64,000 nucleotides of DNA from Mobula hypostoma (Eukaryota). The notes beneath the pieces are model-generated. The model was not told the origin of the DNA, ran no database searches, and saw only the letters and a list, made by a program, of their open reading frames with translations. Both the position numbers and the translations under genes were made by a program. The stretch is from positions 83,330,001 to 83,394,000 of the forward strand of contig NC_086097.1 of NCBI RefSeq assembly GCF_963921235.1, written 5' to 3'. Of this stretch, positions 13,565 to 24,282 are shown piece after piece (position 1 is the stretch's first letter; the number at the start of each line of letters is the position of its first letter).

Positions 13565-16029
13565 TGCTGTTGTAATGCATGGTTACTTGAGTTATTGTCA
13601 CTTTCCCAGCAGTTTGAACTAGTCTGGCCATTCTCCCTGATCTCTTTCATTAACAAGACATTTTCATTCACAGAACTGCCGCACATTGGATGCTTTCTTC
13701 TGCATCATTCTCTGTAAACTCTTGAGACTGTTGTGTGTGAAAATCCCAGGATATCAGCAGGTTCTGAGATACTCGTACCACCCCACTGAGATACTGAAAC
13801 CACCTCGTCTGGTACCAACAATCATTCCACGGTCAAATTCACTTAGATCACATTTCAAGTCCAAGGTCAAGTTCAATTGCCATCCAACCATACCTGAGTG
13901 CCGCCAAATGAAACAACATTACTCTGGGGCCAAGGTGCAAAACACATTACCATCAGTCACACACAGCACAAGGCACATATACCTGGTGCACGTATACGAT
14001 GGCAAGCACAGTAAAATACAGTCACACAAAAAAATAGTCCATGAATGTTGCAGAGATCTGTAGCCAATGACAATACAGCTGATTTTCTGCTGAGTGAGCA
14101 CTGGAGACCAGCACCGATTACAGACTGGACACCACAACACACCGTCTCTGGGTGGAGTGCACCAACTGCGCCTCTCTCCTGTGCGGCTGTTAACAGGCAA
14201 CATCACAGTGGCAGCAGGCCTGAAGACAGGACGAAAGCCTGGGCAAATGACTGGAATGTCACCTTTGAGCCTACTAAGTGCAAGGCCATGGTGATGTCTA
14301 GGAAGAGGAATCCATCTAACCCCGACCTGTATTTTGGGAACTACAAGCTGGATTTAAAGAAGGAGCTAGTAATCCTTGGTGTTAATATTGACAGCAAGTT
14401 GGTGTGGGATAAACACCGTTCCACTATTTCAAACAAGGCCAGACAAAGGCTTGGAGCTCTGTGGAAAGTAGCATCCAAACTAGACAAAGAGGGCAGAGCC
14501 ACAGTTTACAAAGCCCAGGTATGAAATTTTATGGAGTATGTCTGCTTATCATGGATGAATGCCTCACAGAGTGTCCTCAGGCAGCTTGACTTCATTCAAA
14601 GAAAGGCTCTCAGGATTATAGGTGTAGATGAAGCCACAGCTGGTGAGAAGCTAGCCATCAGTAGCTTACACCACAGACGACAGGTTGCTGCAGCTACTGT
14701 GCTAAAATACACACCAGCCACAGCCCTGCAGACCTTCGCGCCATGCTGCCTTCATCTTATGAGAAACGGTGCACCGCACGATCAAGTTTATCTGTGCCTG
14801 CTCATGCTGTTTCTATGCCCGATGCGAGAACCTACACACTGGATAGAAGCTTCCTTCACTGTGCTATCAGAATTTGGAACAGCCTTCCAGATGCTGTGGT
14901 TGGAAACATCTGTGACGATGGGGTCCAAGCCTTCGAGAGTCCAGTGCACAAACACCTATCATCTCTGGGAGGGAAGTCACATGCTTCTTCATAAGCTATC
15001 ATGAAGGGGACCAGGATGGCAATGATTGGTTGTTGGTAGGTAGGGTTAATACCTGACTTTCAAGAGCACTTGTGAGTTACGTTCTGGCTGGACTTAATCC
15101 TTAAACTGCTGGAGAACAGTGCAGAAAGAACAGGTGGTGTTTTCTCCCAGTAGGGATTAGTTTTTAGTTCCAAGTGCTCACGCCACGTTTTGTCACCCTG
15201 CAACTTTATCCTTCGATCTCTTTGAATTATGGACAGCATGTGTATAGATGTCTCTCTCCAGCATCTTCATCATGATCATCATGACTCCAGTATTTCTACT
15301 ATTTTTTAATTGTACATAAGAATTTTCTGTGTTCTATTGCTGAGCAGCAGTGAACCATCTGATTGGCCTGTCAGGGTTCTCTTTGGGAACTGGTTGACTT
15401 GATCAGCATTTCTGATCTGGCTATTGTTCACGATTGCACTTACTGAAAAAAAGGCCTAGTCCTTGTTCCAGCCACAGCCACGCAGCTCCCCCGCCATCTG
15501 TCCCTCCCAAATGCAAATAAATCACTGAATCAGACTTGCAGCATTCCATTTTAACAATGTCCAACAGGGTCTTGCGATCACAAGAAAAGCGACTAAGACA
15601 ATCACTCGCTGTTAGACTGCACAGTGCCTTCACGCTCTAATTCCTCTGACACCCTTCCAATGCAGGCAGCAGCATGATCCATACCAAGTCCAGCCCCTTC
15701 AGTTTCTTTGCCAATGAGCAACTCTCTGATGGAGCAAAGCTGCAGTACCTTAAGTTCATCTTGTCCAGCAGGATTTTGTGATCTTAAAAAAAATACGTTT
15801 AAAAAGGGCAATAACACCTTTGGTTAACTCCGTAGCAGCTGCTGCAATTGAACACGCTGCATCTTACTTGCTTGTAATATTTGTTCCACATTCTGATGTT
15901 TGATCTGAACAGCAACTGAACCTCTTGACCATGTCTACGTGCTTTTATGTATTGAGGTGCTGCAATAATTGGTTAAATATTTGCATTAACAAGCAAATAA
16001 AGTGTACCCTACAATCTGGCCACTGGGTG
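13565..16029 (-). mobile_element. Tc1-derived element in two pieces (13565-13855 and 15885-16029) split by nested retroelements
   Basis: The minus strand near 13790-13855 encodes KCDLSEFDRGMIVGTRRGGFSIS (Tc1-type HTH). The element resumes at ccacattctgatgtttgatctgaac and ends in ggccactgggtg-TA (16030-1). Confidence 0.75.
14222..15451 (+). mobile_element. 5'-truncated CR1-group (L2/CR1-like) LINE with A-tail and 6-bp TSD
   Basis: Encodes WANDWNVTFEPTKCKAM...LGVNIDSKLVWDKH...YKAQV*..MEY...LDFIQRKALRII...RIWNSLP (RT C-terminus). A-run at 15446-52. AGGCCT occurs at 14216-21 and 15452-57. Confidence 0.85.
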
Positions 16030-16907
16030 TACAGCATATTGCTTGTAGATTTAAAAAATTGCAATGTCTGTGTTTATGTAGATGTAAAACTTTTCACCCT
16101 TTAATTTGATCATCATCTTCAGCTGAAAGAATAACACTTTACTGTTCAGACAAGCAAATCATTTAATATAATCTTCACAAGACTCCCAAAATTTCTAAAA
16201 ATATAGCTGGCTTTTGCACTTCAGAGAGCATTGTCAATTGAAAATGTCACAAGACTTTGCAACTATTGCAGGAATGTTACTTTGGGGCAACGTTGGAGCT
16301 CAAGATTCAAATGGATTTAAGATGCAAATCTTTTCAAGAATGTATGTTCTCTAACAGTTTCCTTACTTGAGGTTCTGTCTCTACAAATCATAGAAACTTA
16401 GAATAGTGTACTGGCTCCCATACGCCATTGCAGAGTTCTCTACACAATGTTGTCTTTGAATTGTAGTCAGGTCTCTCCAAAATTGTTTAGCTATAAAAAT
16501 CCCTAATATCTAAAATTTAACTACGATTGTGCATATTAAACTTCTGGTAGACTTGTACTCTCTGCTCCCAGCTCAACTAAAAGGGGCCTAGAGATTTTTA
16601 CACCTGAGATAGATATTTATGTGCCCTTGATTCTTACAAAACTATGAAGAGTCTGGGCTGATATTTCCAGCAGCATAGATATAATACAAATGGCATTTGG
16701 AAGAAATATTACTTTACTTTCAGTTATACACGTCTCTGGCCCTCAATATTAATACCGAAGTTTATTGTCTTTTTATCAAACTTGATTATCTCAATCTAAA
16801 TTAGTGAAAATATTATAACCCAGTATTAAAATTGATATTGTATATTGCAATTGCATTACAGTTCAGTAAGATTAATCATCTTGCATTGCTTTTTTTCCAT
16901 TATTTAG

Positions 16908-17150
16908 GGGAAGAATTGGACTGTTCCACTGAGCACTGCCCAGTGCAGTTTGAATCTCTTTGCCCTGAGGATTCGGTACTTGTCAAAGGATACACACGAC
17001 CAGGACAGTGCTGCCCAACGCCTAGTGTCTGCCAGTGTAATAAGGAAACCTGCAAAGAAAAGGACTGTCCTTTTGGTCACCAGCAGTTTCTGCTTTCGGA
17101 AGCGACAGGAATACCAGGAGAGTGCTGTGATGTGTACGAATGCAGACCAG
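16908..17150 (+). CDS. CRIM1: CRIM1-like internal coding exon (equivalent to CRIM1 exon 3), cysteine-rich region
   Basis: Pyrimidine tract plus ttttAG acceptor at 16906-7 and GT donor at 17151. 243 bp, phase 1/1. Encodes EELDCSTEHCPVQFESLCPEDSVLVKGYTRPGQCCPTPSVCQC...GIPGECCDVYECRP, matching the CRIM1 CPEDSVL...PGECCP...PGECCDxYECKP pattern. Confidence 0.9.
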
Positions 17151-18389
17151 GTATATTTATTTTTATACAAGTTACTGTAGTTAAAATTGAGCTAATCCAT
17201 CTGCTATAAAATCGCACTGTGCTATAGTTTAAGACAATGACATGTACTGGTGATTAACTTACAATACCTGAAGGGCCCATTTTTTTCCCTTTGCGCTGTA
17301 CATTTATTACGTATGAAGAAAGCTGAACTTTAAAGCCCATAATTGTTCATCCATCTAGTACCCTGATTCCTCTTAGTCAACCATGCCAAGATACTTTATA
17401 CTATCTAGAATATCTAGAATAGATATCTAGAATAAGTGTATGTGTTTAGCTCCACAATGCTGCTCCCATAATAAGCAATAGCTGCAAGAAGGTATTTATA
17501 GTAGCTATTGAAATCTCTCACTTAAAATCAAGTGTACTTTTCATTATTTCTCATTTGCCTTTCTTTGTCTGCAGCATATCACATACTTGCCAATCTAACT
17601 AATTCACTAAACTAATCTACCATAACCTTTTTAAGAGGGGAATGTTCAAGTGGTGAAAGATCTGTGTCAGCTGTTTTCAAGTGGTAACTCTGATCTCATC
17701 CAGTGCTATTTCAAGCAAGTGCAGGTTTATTTGTTGCTATTTATAAGATCAAAACCCTGTGATGTGACTAATTGACTTATGGTATCTTGTTATCTCTTTG
17801 TATAGGTCATATACATAGTAACAAATGTAATTACAGTGGCCCAAACTTAAACTTCACACATCTAAATTGGTCATACAGTTCAAATAAATTTTCATTGCCA
17901 CAATGAATCAGAATATGTTGTGCAATTTGCCTGGATACTGTGGAGTCAGACAAGATCGACATATTAAGGATGCAGGTTATTTTAGGTTGAAACAAGATCA
18001 TGGTATGGGGTTCACACCCCATTAAGCTGTACTCAGTACATTGTATGCCAAGGCTTTAGTAAATGTTGGTGTTTTATTGCCACTGACTTCCCGTGAAGCT
18101 TGAGTCGTCTTCAACTTCTTCTGTTGTGGCTCTGCTGTTCTTGGGCTGTCATTGTGAATGTTTACTAATTGTCCCTAATTGTTTTTGCAAAGGCAATGGT
18201 TGGTTAGCTTTCTAAACCATTGGGGCATAGGCTCTTCCACAGTGCTCTGGGACTGAATTCCAGTGACAGTGGAACATCTCCAAACTGAGAAGTTCAATGG
18301 CTTGGACAGATGCTGCTACCTTAGTCCTGGGTGATGAAAGTCAAATGTTTGGAAGGATAATGGTAGATGCCACTTAAGCAGACAATTTA

Positions 18390-19918
18390 CAGTGCCTATA
18401 AAAATAAAATTCACCCCCCCCCCAGAAGTTTTCATGTTTAATTGTTTTACAACATTGAATCACAGTGGATTTAATTTGGCTTTTTTGACACTAAACAACA
18501 GTAAAGATTCTTTTGTGTCAAAGTGAAAACAAATTTCCTACAAATTGGTCTAAATTTATTACAATTATTAAACACAAAATAATTGATTGTATAATTACTC
18601 ACCCCTTTCAAGTCAGTATTTAGTAGATGCACCTTTAGAAGCAATTACAGCCTTGATTCTGTGTGGATAGGTCTCAATCAGCTTTGTACACCTGGACACT
18701 CCAAATTTTCACCATTCTTCTTTACAAAACTGCTCAAGCTCTGTCAGATTGCATGAGGGTCATGAATGAGCAGCCCTTTTCAAGTCCAGCCACAAATTCT
18801 GAATTGGATTGTGGTCTGGACTCAGATTCGGCCACTCCAGGACACTAACTTTGTTGTTTTTAAGCCATCCTGTGTAGCTTTGGCTTTATGCTTGGGGTCA
18901 TTGTCTTGCTGGAAAACAAATCTCCCAAGTCGAAATTCTCTTGCAGACTGCTTCAGGTTTTCCTCCAGGATTTCCCTGTTTCTTACTGCATTCATTTTAC
19001 CCTCCACCTTCACAAGCCTTCCAGGGCCTGCTGTAGTGAAGCATCCCCACAGCATAATGCAGCCATCTCCATGCTTCAGGGTAGTGATGCTGTGTTTTTG
19101 ATGATGTGCGGTGTTTGGTTTATGCCAAACATAGCGATTAGTCTGATGACCAAAAAGACCATAGAACCCACATGCCTTCTGGCAAACTCCAGCTGAGATT
19201 TCATGTGATTATTTTCCAAAAGTGGTTTTCACTTTGCCACTCACCCATAACGCTGTGATTGTTGAAGCACCCGGGCAACAGTTGTTGTATGCACAGTCTC
19301 TTCCATCTCAGCCACTGAAGCTTGTAACTCCTCGTTGTAACTAGTCCCCTTCATGCACAGTCACTCAGTTTTTGATCTGCCTGCTCAAGGCAGATTTACA
19401 CCTGTGCCTTATTTTCCCCATTTCTTGATGATTGACTTAACTGTACTCCAAGGCATATTCAGTGACTTGGAGATTTTCTTATATCCATCTCCTGACTTGT
19501 GCTTTTTAATAGACTTCTTGTGGAGTTGTTTGGCGTGTTCTTTTGTCCTCATGATGTAGTTTTTGCCAGGATACTGACTCACCATCAATTGGAACTTCCA
19601 GATTCAGGTGTAGTTTTACTACAAACAATTGAAACACCTTAACTGCACACGGTGATCTCCACTTAACCAATTGGCTGCACCAGTGATGATTTGGTGTGTC
19701 ATATTGAAGGGGGTGAATACTTATGTAACCAATTATTTTGTGTTTTATATTTGTAATTAAATTAGATCACTTTACAGAGATCTGTTTTCACTTTGACGCC
19801 AAAGTCTTCTTCTGTTGACCAGTGTCAAAAAAGCCAAATTAAATCCACTCTGATTCAATGTTGTAAAACAATCAAACATGAAAACTTCCATGGGAGGTGA
19901 ATACTTCTATAGGCACTG
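18390..19918 (-). mobile_element. Tc1-family DNA transposon with long (~220 bp) IR/DR-type TIRs; transposase is pseudogenised
   Basis: TA|CAGTGCCTATA ... TATAGGCACTG|TA. The TIRs (about 18390-18612 and 19704-19918) are reverse complements. Minus-strand remnants include MLWGCF..GPGRL, FVFQQDNDPKH and [16 protein letters not shown]. Confidence 0.93.
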
Positions 19919-21539
19919 TAGTTTGGGTTAATACTGTAGTTCTGAAATGTTGGAGCAAATGGGGTGCATTTCATCCGCATTCCTGACTTATGCCTCAAAA
20001 ATAATGGAAAGTCTTTGGGGAGTGATGAAGTGGGTCACCAACCATAGGAAACCCAGCCTCTGACAACTATTCATGTTGCAGATCTAGGTATTTCTGGTCA
20101 ATGAATCTCCACAGGGTGTTAATGGTGAGAGATCCATTTGTGATAATGTTCCAAAGTGTTTTGAGGAGGTTGGTCAATCTCTTGTCAGAAATAGCCATTG
20201 CTTTGCGCTTGGGTTGCACAAATGTTTGATTCTACTTATTGTCTAATCCAGTATACAGTCCAGGTTTTGCAGCATTGGTCTACAGGCCGCTTTGCAAATG
20301 GAACTGAGTATTGTGTTGTCACCAAGTGTCCCCACTTCTGCCATCTCATTACAGCATGAAGACATTTGAGCCTTTTCTGTGCAACGTACCAGCACGTAAG
20401 ATCACTTGAAGTTGCCAGCATTCATAGTCCCTCATTCATCTTTGCGCATAGCAATGTGAAATCTATAAAGCCCAAGGATAAATATATTGAAATAATGTAT
20501 GAAGAAATGCAGGAATACAGAAATCTAATTGGTAGCCCAATGTACTGGTTTGTAATATGAAACGACCACATCCATGTAAGCAGTAACATGCAATAATTCA
20601 TATTAAGCCATAATTGATGGCCAAAGGGGCTTATTACAAATAGGTAAAATACAGCCAAAGATTGATGAGATGAAGAATTTCAGCTCTGATATGATACATA
20701 GTTTTGCAAGTCCTCGAATTAATTGCATGTCAAAATGTGTAAATTTATTCATACTGCAGCTGTGGGAAGATGCTGTTATGTTTTGTTGAAGAATAAGTTA
20801 ATCTATGCTATTCTAGAAACCCACAAATACTGACAATTGAAGACCATCCTTATTAAAAAAACGTGAGTTGCACAGATCGACGGAATATAATGTTAGCAAT
20901 TACAGAGACTAGTTTTGAAGGGAGAATGAAGCCCATCCAGTGGAGTAGATGAAGAGGACTAGGTCAGGATAACAGCACTGACCTTTGAGAGGAAACGTTG
21001 ACATCCATGTTTGGGAGTGCTGACTGTTCTGTAACTTTGAACTGACTATATATGGAAATTGGCTCTTGTTGTGCTCAACTTCTGATTTATAGAGAATCCA
21101 TTCATCAGTTAGATTTGATTCTCATTTTTTAATCTTCAGTCCTCTTACAAATAAATGTGTTCACACATACATGGATAATTCTACATATGTGTGGCTGATG
21201 GCTGAGTTCCATGGTCCATCAGCACCTACTCAAATGCATATAGCGTTGGCTTACACTCGTTTATCTCTGCAACTTACATGCTACATTGATAGAGACCAAG
21301 AAGGTCTTGTGGGAAAATCCAGAGTCAAAGCTTTATTCTAAATTAAGAATGATTTCAGAGAGGACATGACAGAAGTTCATTTATATATTTGTAGTAGCAT
21401 TCTTAATTCATTTCATTTAGTTGAAAAGTACTACCAAATAAGACAGGAATATGGTCACATCAAGCCATAAGCAACCATCTGGCACAGGCAATGGAGGAAA
21501 CATGATTTAACAAAACGGTTTCAATCTAAAACAATAACA

Positions 21540-21668
21540 TAATTTACTGGCATAATTTACATATTACTGTTTAACTATTTATGGTTTTATTACTATTTAT
21601 TATTTATGGTGCAACAGTAACGAAAACTAATTTCCCCCTGGATCAATAAAGTATGACTATGACTATGA
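21540..21668 (+). repeat. LINE 3'-tail fragment ending gatcaataaagtatgactatgactatgat
   Basis: AATAAA followed by a (tatgac)n tail. The same tail occurs in reverse at about 58088-58130. Confidence 0.55.
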
Positions 21669-22127
21669 TGGAACCTGAAAAAATAAGAAAAGCTGGGCTC
21701 TGCAAACAAATAATACAGAGCAAAAAGTCCTTTTTTTTGATAATAATTGTGTTTTGTGATCGCTCAAAGAGGGAAAGAAAGAACAAAAGAGGACCTGAGA
21801 ATAAACGACAAAGAGAGTAAATGATGAAAATGAATGGAGACTGGAAGAAGAATGAAAGAGACAAAGGGGGTAAAAGTGTTATCTGATGGTGAAAAAGTGG
21901 GAGTTAGATGAGGAAATCATGACCAGCATGGAAGGAAGATGAGCAGCAAAATACATTGAGGATTGAGAAGCAATAAGATGAATAACTATCCACAATGTAA
22001 AGAAATTTCTTGAGCGGAAAAATTATTGCTAATTAAAGCAGCTTGTGTGCATGTTGAGTTCAAAGTAAATATAGAACAACTTGAAAAGAGTTCAAAGTTT
22101 CTTACACAATAAGTGTATCACTTAATA

Positions 22128-23647
22128 CAGTAATCCCCAACGGGGGCAGTTATGTGCCCCAAGGGGGCGTTAAGGAAATAGAAGTCGCTGGGGGGCATTC
22201 AAGATCCTTGGGAGGCAGGGGCAGTAAACAGCACCCTAACTTGAGGCACGAGACCTGACCGACCTTGTCAACTCACTGCCATCGTCAACATCCAGTAGGC
22301 ATTCCCAGTTTGAATTAATGTTTTATTTTAGTTTAGTCCCGTTAATGATGGATAAATACGTACGGCATGATCTATGAATGTGAAGGCGGTGTAGCCTTAA
22401 ATTCTAATCCTGCTAGGGAACAGAAGCGACAGAAAGTACATCAATACAATGTTACATACCAGGAGTGTGGTTTTATTATGTTCCCGTCAGTTCAGCGATG
22501 CACCAAGCGTCTTATCTGTAATACTGCATTGTCTAATGAAGCCATGAAACCATCAAGTTTGCCGGAACACTTCTGCCAAAGCCACCCTGTAAAAGCTACT
22601 TTTGGTATTACTCAGTTCCAGAGGATGAAAGAAGCATTTGAAAAGTGTTGCACACTCAAGTCGTTTGCCAAGAAAGCTAAAAATGACCTTGATAGTGGTC
22701 GCATTGACTCTTATAACATTTCCAAAAGGATAGCCAAGTGTGGAAAATCTCATACAATTGGTGAAAGATTAATAATGTCTTCTGTATCAGACATGCTCAC
22801 CACTGTTCTCAAAATGGATACCAGTATTTTAAGCAACACACCTAAAAGTTGCTGGTGAACGCAGCAGGCCAGGCAGCATCTCTAGGAAGAGGTACAGTCG
22901 ACGTTTCAGGCCGAGACCCTTCGTCAGGACTAACTGAAAGAAGAGCTAGTAAGAGATTTTTACAGATGGTGATTTGCAAGAGTACTGCTTACATCAGTTG
23001 TCATTGAAGAAGGATTTTCAGAATCAATTCAAGGATTTGAATGATCTGGAAATTCTGGGCTGGGTAATTAACCCATTTCTTTGCGAGATGGAAGAACGGA
23101 AGAGAACTTGCAAGAAGATATTATCGAAATTCAGAATGCTGAAGAATGCTTTTCAAGAATGCCGGCTTTTGTGGTATGTGGCTACACTGTCATATGCAGT
23201 TTCCTGGCTTTTGAAGAAGAACCAAACTGCTCCTCATTGCATTTCCATCCTCCTACATTGTTGAAAGAGGCTTCAGTGCAATGAACCACATACTCACAAA
23301 AACACAGAAACCACTTGGACATTGTTACACTTGGGGACTTGAGGCTTTTGCTAGATATTTCAACTCTTGCTAAAAACCATCAAGCTCAAGGATCACATTG
23401 ATATTGAAGCTGTTGTATAGCACACAGGTACTGTGTAAGCTAGGTTTAAAGACAAATTAAATTTTAAAGCAGAACAATTTTTCTCGTGTTAGCATATGGT
23501 AGACATGTTTTTACACTTTGGGCGTGCCAGAAAGTATATTGTGCCTCAGAGGTGCATTGGCAAGTATGAAGGTGATTTGCGGGGGGCACTGGCAAATATG
23601 AAAGTGTTTTAGGGGTGCATTGGGCTAAAAAAGGTTGGGAAACACTG
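22128..23647 (+). mobile_element. hAT (Buster/Charlie-like) transposon, internally deleted
   Basis: TIRs CAGTAATCCCCAAC and GTTGGGAAACACTG. 8-bp TSD acttaata/atttaata (7 of 8 match). ORF 22367-22858 has BED-like LICNTALSNEAMKPSSL..H and IAKCGKSHTIGERLI. C-terminal remnant WVINPF. The central catalytic region is missing. Confidence 0.88.
22896..22931 (-). ncRNA. Minimal type I hammerhead ribozyme motif in a Penelope-like terminal fragment (about 22832-22958)
   Basis: The minus strand reads AGUC-CUGACGA-AGG-GUCUCGG-CCU-GAAAC-GUC-GACU: stem I AGUC/GACU, core CUGANGA, stem II AGG/CCU, GAAA, GUC triplet. Confidence 0.8.
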
Positions 23648-24084
23648 ATTTAATACATAGTCTTTAAAACTATTTATAATTTTCAGGTCATGTCAAACAA
23701 AGTTTAGTGTACATTGGCAGAATTAATCTCATGACCCAGGCTGTAAAATTGAAGTCTTTTTGACTTCTACATTGAAGGACCTGTTTTCTTTAAACTAACT
23801 TGCTAATATATTAGCACATATTATTCTAAATTAACTCAGCAAATTTAATGAGTCTTTTAGCATTGGGCAGATTATGATGTGAAGGATAGCTATCTTTAAA
23901 AAATGTTGAAACAAACTGAGGAAATTATTTGTACTGGCAGATGAGGAATATTTGTAAGAAAACCAAAATATGGCTCTGATTTGCATGATGAAAAAGTGGA
24001 ATTAGTCTTCATTTAATAAAAGTTTCTGTATTCCAAACTCCTCGTACTTTTTCCTTGTAAAAGTGTTCTTATTTGCTCTTCCTT

Positions 24085-24282
24085 TTTGTGCCTTGTGGCG
24101 CATTGAATGGCATTTTGTTTGCCATTTTCTTAGCATTTGTCTGTCTCTCTTTTACAAGGCCAAGTTGCTAGCTCAATGCTTAATCCAGCATGGATAGAAA
24201 GTGTGCAAGGGGCCGGTCGGGTTCAAACTCCGGACTACTTGCCTCAAAGTCCAGCACTGATGCCACTACACCACCAGCCCAC
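24085..24282 (-). mobile_element. Probable tRNA-derived SINE
   Basis: The minus-strand head ggctggtggtgtagtggcatcagtgctggact...ggagtttgaacccgacc shows A-box-like and B-box-like motifs. Confidence 0.55.

Noticed and set aside
16832..17209. Full ORF-track calls around the exons (also 28712-29047, 50208-50468, 63563-63829) as single-exon genes
   Set aside because: Homology is confined between AG and GT splice sites; the extensions are intronic read-through.
17400..17435. Short tandem (tatctagaa)x3 with palindromic cores
   Set aside because: Simple local slippage duplication; no spacers and no evidence of function.
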